A DNA stretch of 64,000 bases from the NCBI GenBank assembly GCA_051546255.1, contig CP128815.1, positions 1,488,001-1,552,000 of the forward strand, written 5' to 3'. The position numbers and the translations under genes were made by a program. A model generated the notes under the pieces. The model was not told the origin of the DNA and made no database searches. It saw nothing but the letters and a program-made list of their open reading frames with translations. Shown piece after piece: positions 50,422-61,652 of the stretch (within the stretch, counting starts at the first letter, position 1; the number at the start of each line of letters is the position of its first letter). The stretch is from Meyerozyma guilliermondii. Lineage: Eukaryota.

Positions 50422-51765
50422 TTAATTTTTATGCACCATTACTCCGGTCCAGTACAGGCGTGAAAACCCCGTTCGGTGCTTTATGGAGCCCACAGTCATG
50501 CGAAATGTTCTGGTTGTGCCACTTAGCCGGTTTAATGTTTGGAGTTTCAGAAACTGTAAATTGTAGAGTTCTTCTTCTTCTGTGCACCCGACTAAAGCAC
50601 ATATCTCTTTTGGCGTATTAAACTCTAATTCGAGTTGCTTGGACTGGTCTCTGACTATAAGCTTCAACGGAGCCACTTTGAGTGTTCTGTTGAACGGTTT
50701 AATCACAAATGGGGCTTGGGGGAACATGCCTAGAACGGTCACATCGACTACAAACACAAGCAGACGACCCAAATCCGACCTTGTCGCAGGAAGAGGAGGA
50801 AGCAGCGCAAGAGTGCAATGGCTGGAGTAGACACCGTTTGGTTGTGTAGCTCTAACGGCTACTTGGGGTTGGGTCAATTGGCGTTTTCGAGGTGATTCTT
50901 GGCCATTGGAAGTGTGGTGCTTTTTTTGCAGCTGTGGATTCAGCGACACAACTTGTGGTGAGGGCTCTTCTACGGGCTGTTGCAGTGGCTGTATCAGCGG
51001 CTGTGTGGACAGATCGTAAGTTTGTGAGGATTCGTCTTCTGAGCTTTCTTCTTCAGATACATTTTGACCGAACAAAAGTGCGGCTCCCAGCACTTCCGGC
51101 CGTCGATCTTGGCGTTCAGGCAGCACTTTTTCCGTCTTGACTTGCCTTCGCAAACTCGTAGGCTTCATGTCCAAATTCTCCTTTAGTTTCTCAACCACAC
51201 CAATATAGGACCTAGTATTGAATCTGTTCAAGAGCTCTTGTAGTCTGAGGTCGCCTTGAGGAAACCAAAGTGGGGCATTTTCCAGGTCAATGATCCTGAT
51301 ACTTGTATAGGTCGCTTCTATGTACCCGTCGTATTTTTTGAGGGTGAATTTTACTAGAGCCACCAATCCCTCCAGTGTCATATTGCATTTGTCTTTGTCA
51401 TGGAAGTCGTACTGGTCAATGATTTGAGGAGCCTTCTGCTGAAGAAGACCAACCACTTTCGGAAACTTTGCACACAGAACATTGACGGTGAATACTTCGT
51501 CTATATTTAAAAAACCATCCATCATGCCGTCTATGATGCGAAATTCAGTAGGTACTTTATCTGACTTTAATATTCCTCCAGCTACCGTAGTATTCCTGTT
51601 GGGGGTTAGATCCGTGAACACCAAGTACCCAGGTTCCCTTGTGTGTCCGCCCTTTCTCCGGTACGCTGCTAGAAGGAACATTGGAAGCTCGAACTCGGGT
51701 TTTTTATCGCCTATCGCTTTGGGTAGAGGTAGCTGGCTGATATTCTGACATGTTGTTTGGGTCAT
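50422..51765 (-). CDS. CDC13: Short Candida-type Cdc13-like telomere ssDNA-binding protein (two OB folds), 447 aa
   Basis: LVFTDLTPN resembles the TDFTxN motif of Cdc13/Pot1-type OB folds; two globular regions joined by an S/E/Q/P linker; size matches the short Candida-clade Cdc13 proteins. By-eye call. Confidence 0.6.
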   Translation of the reverse strand: MTQTTCQNISQLPLPKAIGDKKPEFELPMFLLAAYRRKGGHTREPGYLVFTDLTPNRNTTVAGGILKSDKVPTEFRIIDGMMDGFLNIDEVFTVNVLCAKFPKVVGLLQQKAPQIIDQYDFHDKDKCNMTLEGLVALVKFTLKKYDGYIEATYTSIRIIDLENAPLWFPQGDLRLQELLNRFNTRSYIGVVEKLKENLDMKPTSLRRQVKTEKVLPERQDRRPEVLGAALLFGQNVSEEESSEDESSQTYDLSTQPLIQPLQQPVEEPSPQVVSLNPQLQKKHHTSNGQESPRKRQLTQPQVAVRATQPNGVYSSHCTLALLPPLPATRSDLGRLLVFVVDVTVLGMFPQAPFVIKPFNRTLKVAPLKLIVRDQSKQLELEFNTPKEICALVGCTEEEELYNLQFLKLQTLNRLSGTTRTFRMTVGSIKHRTGFSRLYWTGVMVHKN

Positions 51766-51950
51766 TTTTATGCCTCAGGAAAAGTAGTAGTGAGTTGCTG
51801 AGATATAATGAGGCGTTTCGAGCTTCCTCCAATGTCCGCTACACCACAATGTTCAACTGTTAATGCAGTCAAGGCAGTAGTTGGTGCGTCGCGGTCTGTA
51901 TATTTTTGTACTGCAGATGGAACATTCTTTATACCACTTGTGCATCATAT

Positions 51951-53593
51951 ATGGCAAGTAAGTAGCCACTAATATATGTCTTGAACGCTGACTAACGACA
52001 GAAAAGGGACCGCCCAAGTTGGGTAAACGTGCTCAAGCAATCTTGGAGCAAAAGGAACAATCACCACAAAATGCCGAAGAGTTTCTAGAACAAGGTGCTG
52101 CCGATGAAGAGTCTGGTGATCGTTGGTTTGGATCTGATGTAACAAAAGCGCTCAGATTCTATCAAAAGGCATACGAGCTGTATTTGGCATGCATTCGAAT
52201 GGCTCCCGGTCAGTTTCCCGATAGTTACTACAATGCTGCTAGGCTTCTTTTTCATGTCTATAACCACTACGTGAGTGCCGAAGAAGTTAATGTGGAAACT
52301 TTGGAAAATGTTGGAAACGCTACGTCTGGAAACGCTGAGAGTGTCATGCAGCCAATTGCTGTGGTTTTACGTGCTCATGAAGAAGCATTGAGGTTTGCTG
52401 GACTGACTCCTTCCATCGATCTCATCTACAACTATGCTCTAGTTCATACAGCATTTCTCGAAGACGAAGATCCGAGTCTCCCTGATACTTTGAGCTATGG
52501 TAGCGCTGCTATACAGCTTTTTCAACAGGTTTTGACAAAGCAAGTGGAGGAATTGACTAGCTTTGCTGCCGAGATAAAGGAACTAGTAAGTCCAGAATTG
52601 TCTTCTACAACTGATGTGACTGAGCCCAATGTGATTCCCGATGCTTCCCTGTCTGGAATTAGTCCTACAAAAGAAGAGCACACTAGTGAAGAGGTTTTGC
52701 AACCTGTGGATGTCTTGGACACAGTTGTTGCAGCGTATAAACTTGCATTGGCCATGGTAGAATGTACCATTTCCTCTGATATTTCTCCAGTTGTCGACAT
52801 TGTCCAGCCTTTTTTGGAGTCCTGTGATACGATAGCATCAGAATTGATGACAAGTTTTAGTATTTCCACCAACCAAACCCCAGAAATGATATCTTCAATT
52901 GAGCCTGAAAACTACGACGAATACGCTGTGAATAGAGCCTTCCTCCATTCTTTTGCTCATATTGATGACGCAGCAACATACATCAACTACTGGAATCAGG
53001 ATTCCTTGCCAAGAACACCAGACAGGTATATGCTTTCAGCCGATGGACTAGGATTGTTTCTTGAAAGACACTCATTAAATGTGAAACTGGCACATGCCGA
53101 CCAAGCAGCCACCTTGTGGAAATGTTTATCTCAAATGAACACTTACTATAAATCTGCTCAGGATTTGTTACAAGCTCAATACCTGCAAAAAGCCAAGGCT
53201 CCATCTGGAACAAACGAAGGACTCGGCAGCCTTATCTCGCAAGTGTGTAAAGTGACCATTGCCCGAGCAGACATTGAAGTGCAAAGGTGCCAATTAGACC
53301 AAGAATTGGCCCGCAAGAGTCGTGAAGTATTACTTAAAAATGCAAAAACTCTTCTCAAGAATGCCATGAAAATGGCAGAAACCACCGGAGGATTGCGGGA
53401 AAAAGCTACTGAGAAACTCGGTAGGGAAAAAAGAAGGTCAGAAATTGTTCTTCGACTTTGTCTTCTCGAACAAAAGATATCCACTGCCGAATTGGATTCG
53501 ATAATGGGACGAACTCGATGGACTGCGGAACTTCCTCTTCTCAAAGAACTTGATATCTACGGAAATTGGGGTATTCATAAAATCGTCACGTAA
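51951..53593 (+). CDS. Conserved fungal TPR-like helical protein (UPF0656-like); two exons, 532 aa
   Basis: Exon 1 51951-51957 (ATGGCAA); 44-nt intron 51958-52001 (GTAAGT...GACTAAC-GA-CAG); exon 2 52002-53593. Supplies the missing ATG: MAKKGPPKLGKRAQ...EESGDRW..SD..KALRFYQKA...DSYYNAARL. Confidence 0.85.
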
Positions 53594-53987
53594 TCTGCAT
53601 AAAATCATCTAAATAATAGTCTATAAAATGGGGGCTTCAGTCATATTAATATTGACAGAATAGTTGGCTCTGAAATCTTCCGGCGGCGGTGTGCACACAG
53701 ACGCTTCAAATAGGGAACTATCTATGAGTTGTATGGATATGGAGTGTGATCGGCTATTCTGTACTATTATATTTAGTATATTGACTTTTAAAGCGTACAT
53801 TAGTACCAGGATCACCTTCATTTTGGAAGATAGAGAAATCCCATTTATTATAATCTAGATGAATTAGCTAAATGCGTGCACGTGCCCACGACAAATACAT
53901 TGATCACAGAAAGAGTAAATAAAGTACACCCGGTACACCACTTATACGGTTGCAAGTTACAATAATCTATTCACACTATATACATAT

Positions 53988-54893
53988 TTAACCCATCAAC
54001 TTGTCGAAGGCGGGAATCAACGACTGTGCCAACGCAAACGAGAAAACCAATTTAGGACCTGTAGTCAACAACTTTGGAGTCAACCCTTTGAAGAACGATG
54101 TAAAACCTTCGTTCTTGGCCATGTTTCTCAAAATGGTAAGTCCAGATTCTGGATTGTCAAAGTTTTTGTTCTGGATCCGGGTCTTGATCACATCAAGCGG
54201 CGCAGACACGATCAACGACGCCGAGGCACCCACAATTGATGTCACAAAATTTTGGGTCCAGGTGGCAGAAGAGTAGTCTTTCAAGCCAAAGATGTATTCC
54301 TTGGCAAACGAATTACCACCGAAAAGGGCAAACGAACCAGGAGCGTTTCTGGCTGCGGTCCATCCCCAGCCTCGGTAAAGACCGAAACCTTCGTCTGCCA
54401 AAATTTTCAAGAACCCACGACCACGGAAAGACTCTGGGTTTGTTTGACGCTTAATTTTCAAAACATCCAATGGCAACAACACAACCTCACCAATTCCAAT
54501 CAACGAACCCGCGGTGGCAGACAACAAAGCCTTTCCGGTCTTAGGACCGAACCATGACTCATAAGTGTCTTTGAAGTTGGCGGTCAAAAACTCATTTGCG
54601 AACGGTTGACCTCCGTATTTGTAAACTCTTTGCAAAATTTTGTAGCAGGCAGCATAACCAAGGCCAGGGAACAAGGTGAAAAGTCTGGAAACCAAAGCCT
54701 TCAGAGCATGTTCCCGAAAAATGACAGAATTAAGCTGAGCGGCAGATGCGATTTTTCCATGATTCGACATCAATCTCTTGGATATGGTATCCACAGGGTG
54801 GAAAACGGCAATTTCGCAAATTCCGGCAGACGCCGATCCTAAAACACGGGCAGTACCCGACTGCTTCTTGTCTGTGGCAGCTGGAGGAGACAT
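53988..54893 (-). CDS. GGC1: Mitochondrial GTP/GDP carrier, 301 aa
   Basis: Three carrier signatures PVDTISKR, PLDVLKIK, PLDVIKTR; LFPGLGYAA.YKILQRVYKYGGQP typical of Ggc1/Yhm1. Confidence 0.95.
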   Translation of the reverse strand: MSPPAATDKKQSGTARVLGSASAGICEIAVFHPVDTISKRLMSNHGKIASAAQLNSVIFREHALKALVSRLFTLFPGLGYAACYKILQRVYKYGGQPFANEFLTANFKDTYESWFGPKTGKALLSATAGSLIGIGEVVLLPLDVLKIKRQTNPESFRGRGFLKILADEGFGLYRGWGWTAARNAPGSFALFGGNSFAKEYIFGLKDYSSATWTQNFVTSIVGASASLIVSAPLDVIKTRIQNKNFDNPESGLTILRNMAKNEGFTSFFKGLTPKLLTTGPKLVFSFALAQSLIPAFDKLMG

Positions 54894-55027
54894 TCAAGTG
54901 GTAGGGAGCCTTTGGAAATTTTTCACCGCGGCTAATCGCTGGTCCTGCACCCATGCCGCGCCCGCGGTGCCAGCTCTTTTACCACCCTTCACCATTTGTG
55001 TCTTTTGCACTCCCATTTCTAAGCATC

Positions 55028-56608
55028 ATGTCCATCGTAGATGACTATGCTAGGAGTCTCAACGAGCTAACTTTCAACTCCCAGCCCATAATCAAAACGC
55101 TAACTGATATCGCAGGCGAAAATGTTGGTATGGCGGAGGGCATCGCCAATGCCATTTTCAACCGGATTTTAAAATCGATTCCAGAACAAAAATTATTTGC
55201 TTTGTATCTCCTCGACTCAGTGTGCAAGACGATCGGATCTCCATATTCCGATATTGCTGGCTCCCAAGTTTTCAACTTGTTTTCTCATGTTTATATGTTG
55301 GTTGGTGATGCGGTGCGACAGAAGCTTGTTAAGTTGTTTATCACATGGAAGCAAACCATCACTCGAGATGGGCAGCCATTGTTTCCTCATAGCCAACTAG
55401 ACCGAATTGAGCAGTTTTTGCAAAAAGCAGGAAGAAACATCAATAATGGAGGCGGTGAAAGTGCCATCTCGAACTCATCGGTGATTGCTGATATCCAGAC
55501 CTTGATACCTATTTTTGAAAACAAACTCATCAACAACCCCGACCCTCAGCTTTCTGGCCGGTACGAGGCACTCAAGCTGCTCGAAGCTCTTCTCCAAAGT
55601 CAACCCATGAACGCTCAAGAACTCCAAGCTGTACAAGTTCAGCTAGCCACCATGAAGCAGCAGGAATTGAGTGGTTTAAACACCCCTGTTGTCACTCCAT
55701 CAAGCACCGCAGTCGCCACACCTTCCGTCACCCCGGCATCTACCCCTGGACTTCCCCAAGCGCTGTTGGTATTGAGTCAAAATAAACGTGCCAACGATCT
55801 CTTCAGTGTGCTCATTGCTTCGGGCCTTGTCAAAGTCGAGCAATCGCTCAAGCCGGGATCTGTACCCAAGTACGAACTCGTATTCCCAGCCACAAAGTAT
55901 GAGCCTCGCAAGAAAACCCAAGTAACCAATAATGCATTGGAGCAATTGCTTTCAAGTGCCAATTCAAATATCGTACGGTCTGCGTACGACCAGCTCAAAT
56001 TTAATGAGCTTCTGCATCTCCCCATCGATTCCAAATCTCCAGCAAAGGAATTACAAGATTTCATTAATACTAAAAAGGTTTCTACCAAGACACTTGCTCT
56101 ACTCTACGATGCGAAACCTTCTCAATGTAGCAGTTGTGGTAAGCGCTTCTCTACTGATGATATGGGTAAAAATAGAAAAAGAATGCATTTAGACTGGCAT
56201 TTCCGTATCAACAAAAAGCTTGCTACCAGATCCAATGTGCAATCTCGGAATTGGTACTTGGACGATGTTGATTGGGTCAAATTTAAGGAAGATGATTTGC
56301 TTGAGTATACTACCACCGAACAAAAGGCTATTGCGGCAGCTCCTCCAGTTCCTACCAAGAACGAGCCAGTGCCTTATGTGGTGGTTCCGCCGTATGAAAC
56401 CAACATGAACAACAAATGCTTGATATGCCATGAACCAGTTAATGCCGTGCAAAATGAGGATATTGGAGAATGGTGCTGGTACAATTGTATACGGGCACCA
56501 GGTGAGCCCAAGACCAGCCGCAAGATTGTCCATGCTACATGCTTCAATGAAACCAAACGAAAAGCGGGTGACGATATTTCACCTCCAGCCAAGAGAGAGC
56601 GAGTATAA
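55028..56608 (+). CDS. PCF11: Cleavage/polyadenylation factor Pcf11, 526 aa
   Basis: CID domain LNELTFNSQPII..LT..A...KLFALYLLDSVCK.IGSPY; zinc motif CSSCGKRF...HLDWHFRINK; QSRNWYLDD; CLIC...W...HATC. Confidence 0.93.
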   Translation: MSIVDDYARSLNELTFNSQPIIKTLTDIAGENVGMAEGIANAIFNRILKSIPEQKLFALYLLDSVCKTIGSPYSDIAGSQVFNLFSHVYMLVGDAVRQKLVKLFITWKQTITRDGQPLFPHSQLDRIEQFLQKAGRNINNGGGESAISNSSVIADIQTLIPIFENKLINNPDPQLSGRYEALKLLEALLQSQPMNAQELQAVQVQLATMKQQELSGLNTPVVTPSSTAVATPSVTPASTPGLPQALLVLSQNKRANDLFSVLIASGLVKVEQSLKPGSVPKYELVFPATKYEPRKKTQVTNNALEQLLSSANSNIVRSAYDQLKFNELLHLPIDSKSPAKELQDFINTKKVSTKTLALLYDAKPSQCSSCGKRFSTDDMGKNRKRMHLDWHFRINKKLATRSNVQSRNWYLDDVDWVKFKEDDLLEYTTTEQKAIAAAPPVPTKNEPVPYVVVPPYETNMNNKCLICHEPVNAVQNEDIGEWCWYNCIRAPGEPKTSRKIVHATCFNETKRKAGDDISPPAKRERV

Positions 56609-56658
56609 CTACCCATGTATAAAGTATAAGGCTATACACAACTATATTTACATTTAAC

Positions 56659-57537
<879 letters not shown>

Positions 57538-57735
57538 TCAACTTACTATGTATATAAGTAGAGAGAGTTCTAATTAGTGTTTCAATTAAAGTTTTAATTT
57601 ATGTGATATTGGTATTTTCAGCTTTTTTTGCAACTTTTCATTTTGCAACTTCGCATTCCATCTCCCCGCAAATTGCATATGACAATGAACTTATAACTAC
57701 AGGTTTCGCAACGTCCACTCGACCAACTTCTTCTC

Positions 57736-58974
57736 ATGATCAGTGCAATTGGATTTTTGACCCTATTGTCGATTCCCATTCGAATTTTAGTTGTGATTTT
57801 CAAGTACTATGCGGGAACCATTCCGTACAGAAAGTTCCGAAACGACTTGCGCCAATGTATTAGAATGACCATTTTCCGAACCGCGTTGAGTCTCACCAAC
57901 AAAGACTGCTACTACATTGCACTTCTCAGCAATAGGTTCATTTTGAACAAAGTGATGAAATTGAAGCACAAAACTATCGCCGACCGTCTTCCTGGCTACG
58001 GTCTGAGGTACGATGCCAATTCGTTGTGGTTGGTAAAACAGCCAAACAGAAACAACGACGACCCAATTATGATATACAGCCATGGTGGCGGGTTCTTCTT
58101 GCAAACAGAAGCTCCGCAGGTCGAATCCATGCTTGCTATGTACAAACTCTTGGACGAAGACAAAAAGAAGCGAATTTCCATTCTCGCCTTGGACTACAAA
58201 TTGACGTCCCATGGGTTTAAAGTACCGTACCAATTGGGTCAATTGCACGAAACGTACCAGAGATTGGTGGATGCTGGCAACACTCATATTATTCTTGCCG
58301 GTGACTCTGCTGGTGGAAACTTATCCATTGGTTATACTCAATACCTTAAACGATACTCCACGAAATCTCCAATTGTGTATCCCAAAACCTTGCTCTTGTT
58401 AAGTCCATGGGTCAATATCGTTCCTCATGACGACGCGTTCACCCCATCCAAATCGTTCTTTGATAACGACGGCTACGACATGATTCGGCACAGTTATTTC
58501 ACCGAGACCGAACTCCGCGATATGTTCGATGTTGATGTCAATGATCCTATGATCTCGCCCGTGACCCAGCCAGATATAAAGAGAGAGGATTGGGACTTGC
58601 CCAACTACCGTAATCCTAATCACAATATATTTCTTTTGTGTGGAGAAGACGAAGCGTTCCGCGACGATATCTTGAGATGGGCCGAAGGTGCGTTGGACGT
58701 GCCGTATTTTTCTACCATCAAATACGGCAATTCCGATCAATTGTTCAACCTCAAGACTCACCTGCACCTCCGCAAGGGAAACCCCAATCATTGCCGCTTA
58801 GACTTCTATATTGAGCCGTGGGGAGTCCACGATGCTGCACTCTTTTTCGAGAACCATCTTCTCAAACGCATCCTCAAAGTGGAGAAAAGTGGGGGTACAA
58901 TCAGCTTTAGGGATTTAGGGGATGAATTCTTCGGACTTAAACGTGCTGCTTCATTCTTGAATGACGTAATATGA
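57736..58974 (+). CDS. Say1-like steryl-acetate hydrolase (HSL-type AB hydrolase), copy 1, 412 aa
   Basis: N-terminal hydrophobic anchor; HGGG, LDYKL, GDSAGG, LLSPW, GEDE.FRD, EPWGVHD. Confidence 0.87.
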   Translation: MISAIGFLTLLSIPIRILVVIFKYYAGTIPYRKFRNDLRQCIRMTIFRTALSLTNKDCYYIALLSNRFILNKVMKLKHKTIADRLPGYGLRYDANSLWLVKQPNRNNDDPIMIYSHGGGFFLQTEAPQVESMLAMYKLLDEDKKKRISILALDYKLTSHGFKVPYQLGQLHETYQRLVDAGNTHIILAGDSAGGNLSIGYTQYLKRYSTKSPIVYPKTLLLLSPWVNIVPHDDAFTPSKSFFDNDGYDMIRHSYFTETELRDMFDVDVNDPMISPVTQPDIKREDWDLPNYRNPNHNIFLLCGEDEAFRDDILRWAEGALDVPYFSTIKYGNSDQLFNLKTHLHLRKGNPNHCRLDFYIEPWGVHDAALFFENHLLKRILKVEKSGGTISFRDLGDEFFGLKRAASFLNDVI

Positions 58975-59049
58975 ACTAGATATGGACTATAAAGATGCGA
59001 ACTATCCATGCATTATCTACCCCACATTCTCCCCCGCACTCTGAAAAAT

Positions 59050-60288
59050 ATGCTCTCAGCCGGAACCATTTGCAAACTTGCAACCCTTCCAGTACGACTT
59101 CTATGGGTGACCATTCTGTACTATTTGGGCTACCCTGCGTTCAGGAGATATCATAACGACTTAATTTCCTGCCTCAAATTGACGTTTTTCAGAGATGTCT
59201 TGGCATATAGTTTTCCCGATTACCAGTATATTCCCAGTCTTTCCAATGACTATATTATTAATAGTGTGTTGCCATTGGCATTCGGAATAGAAAAAGAACT
59301 GATCCCTGGATACGGTACACGCCATGATAAGAATTCTATTTGGCTTGTCAAGCAACCTGATAGGAAACCATCCGATCCAATCTTGATCTATCTTCATGGT
59401 GGAGGTTACTTTTTGCAAACAACCCCAACCCAACCGGTATCAATGCTTTCCATATACAAGCTTCTTGACCCTGAGATTCAGTCCAAATTGTCCATTTTGT
59501 ATCTAGACTACAAATTGACCTCAAGAGGGTTCTCCGTCCCTCACCAATTGGGCCAGTTACATGAAACATACGAGGCTCTCATAGACGCTGGAAACACCAA
59601 TATTATGTTATGTGGAGATTCTGCAGGCGGAAACTTGGCCGTGGGATACACTCAGTACTTGAAGAAAGTCGGGAGTCGTCATTTGGTTCAACCAACAGCA
59701 TTGGTTCTCATCAGTCCTTGGCTTGATATCAAGCCAACTGATGAAAATTGGCAGCCATCTCGTTCATATTATGAGAATGAAAAGCGCGATATGATCAGGT
59801 TTGGTGCTTTTAAAGGCGATATGCTCAAGGAAGGTTTTGGAACCGTTGATCGCAGTGACCCCATATACTGTCCTGCCCAACATCCAATTGACAAAGCTGA
59901 TTGGGAAATCGACTGCTATAAAGATGCCAACCATAGTGTATTCATGGTATGTGGTGAGGATGAGTCTTTTAGAGACGAAGACTTGAGATGGGCAGAGGCG
60001 GTATTGGATGTTCCTTTGTACTCATCTGTTCGCTACGGGAACTCAAAAGGAAAGTATGATCCTCAAATCCACCATTTCCATCGGGATGGAGATACCAACC
60101 ATTGCAGAACCGATGTCTACGTTGAGCCATGGGGTATTCATGATGCTGTCTTTTTTTTCGAGAACCCAGTCATAAGTGAAATTAATGCGGCCGAGGCTAA
60201 AGGTCTGAAACTTGGTTATGATGACTTGAGTGACAAATATTTCGGTATCAGGCGGGCGGCAAAGTTCCTTAATGATATTATTGGATAG
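59050..60288 (+). CDS. Say1-like steryl-acetate hydrolase, copy 2, 412 aa
   Basis: HGGG, GDSAGG, LISPW, EPWGIHD. Start chosen by alignment to copy 1 (MLSAGTICKLATLPVR); an in-frame ATG also lies at 59008. Confidence 0.87.
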   Translation: MLSAGTICKLATLPVRLLWVTILYYLGYPAFRRYHNDLISCLKLTFFRDVLAYSFPDYQYIPSLSNDYIINSVLPLAFGIEKELIPGYGTRHDKNSIWLVKQPDRKPSDPILIYLHGGGYFLQTTPTQPVSMLSIYKLLDPEIQSKLSILYLDYKLTSRGFSVPHQLGQLHETYEALIDAGNTNIMLCGDSAGGNLAVGYTQYLKKVGSRHLVQPTALVLISPWLDIKPTDENWQPSRSYYENEKRDMIRFGAFKGDMLKEGFGTVDRSDPIYCPAQHPIDKADWEIDCYKDANHSVFMVCGEDESFRDEDLRWAEAVLDVPLYSSVRYGNSKGKYDPQIHHFHRDGDTNHCRTDVYVEPWGIHDAVFFFENPVISEINAAEAKGLKLGYDDLSDKYFGIRRAAKFLNDIIG

Positions 60289-60391
60289 GTTCTTAAGTAT
60301 CTCAAATTGACTTTTTGCACCCAAAAATTTTGTTCCCCTGCATGTGTCAATGCACCTCACGGTTTACCCCACATTCGAATTTTTCTTTCCA

Positions 60392-61627
60392 ATGTTTTCA
60401 CTTCGTGGTTTATTGAACTTACTTTCGCTTCCCATAAGGCTCTTGTGGGTCACTATTCAATACTTTAATGGTTCAGTTCCATTCAGAAAGTATAAAAATG
60501 ATTTGATCTCGTGCTACAAGATGACATTTTTCATTGCCTTTTTGACAATGAATTTCGGTGACTACAAATATATTCCTGCTCTCAGCAACGCCTATATTAT
60601 CAACAAAATTCTTCCAGGACGATTCAAAATTAGAAAGGAGACACTTCCTGGTTATGGTGCTCGTTACGATGCCAATTCCATCTGGCTCGTCAAGCAACCT
60701 CACCGGAAGCCAACAGACCCAATTATGATTTATATCCACGGTGGTGCATATTTATTGCAGACTGTTCCAACTCAACCTGCTTCCATTGTGGCGGTTTACA
60801 AACTTCTTGACAAAGACGTTCAATCGAAACTTTCAATTCTATTTCTCGACTACAAGTTGACTTCCAAAGGGTTCAAGATTCCCCACCAAATGGGTCAATT
60901 GCACGAAACCTACACCAAATTAGTCCTGGAAGGGAACAAGAATTTGTTTCTTTGTGGAGATTCTGCTGGTGGAAACTTGGCTGTTGGTTACACTCAGTAT
61001 TTGGATAAGGTTGCAAGTCGCCATATTCTTCGTCCCAAATCATTGATTCTTATCAGTCCTTGGTTGGACATGAGTCCTGGTGACGAGAACTGGAAACCTT
61101 CTCGATCCTATTACCAGAACTACAAGTATGATATGATCAAGTTTCACTCGTTTAAAGGCGACAAATTCAAAGATTCTTTTGCATGTGAAAAAAATGATAT
61201 TCTTTATTGCCCAGGAAAAGATCCCATTAAGAAAGAAGATTGGGACATTGAGTGTTATACCGACTCCGACCATAGTGTTTTCTTGATTTGTGGAGAAGAC
61301 GAGAGTTTTAGAGACGAAGATTTGAAATGGGCAGAAAAGGTGTTGGACGTACCGTCATATTCCTCTGTGAAATATGGTTATTCTACTGGCAATTTTGATC
61401 CAGAAATTCACCACTTTCATCGAATTAGTGACGTGAACCACTGTCTTGCTGAGGTTTATGTCGAGCCCTGGGGAATTCACGAAGCCAGTGTGCTTATGGA
61501 AACCGAGATTTTGTTCACTATCAATTCAATTGAATCAGAAGGTGGAAAATTGAGCTTTCGTGATGTGAGCGATAAGCATTTTGGAATCGTACGTATTGCA
61601 AAGTTCTTGAACGATATAATTGAATAG
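60392..61627 (+). CDS. Say1-like steryl-acetate hydrolase, copy 3, 411 aa
   Basis: HGGA, GDSAGG, LISPW, EPWGIHE. Start MFSLRGLLNLLSLPIR chosen by alignment to the paralogs. Confidence 0.87.
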   Translation: MFSLRGLLNLLSLPIRLLWVTIQYFNGSVPFRKYKNDLISCYKMTFFIAFLTMNFGDYKYIPALSNAYIINKILPGRFKIRKETLPGYGARYDANSIWLVKQPHRKPTDPIMIYIHGGAYLLQTVPTQPASIVAVYKLLDKDVQSKLSILFLDYKLTSKGFKIPHQMGQLHETYTKLVLEGNKNLFLCGDSAGGNLAVGYTQYLDKVASRHILRPKSLILISPWLDMSPGDENWKPSRSYYQNYKYDMIKFHSFKGDKFKDSFACEKNDILYCPGKDPIKKEDWDIECYTDSDHSVFLICGEDESFRDEDLKWAEKVLDVPSYSSVKYGYSTGNFDPEIHHFHRISDVNHCLAEVYVEPWGIHEASVLMETEILFTINSIESEGGKLSFRDVSDKHFGIVRIAKFLNDIIE

Positions 61628-61652
61628 ATAGTATCAGTCTAGCTCTATAAGA

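Noticed and set aside
58972..59050. Stop-codon read-through fusing Say1-like copies 1 and 2 (same frame)
   Set aside because: A second in-frame stop (TAA) follows the TGA after five codons, and the context is not a known leaky one.
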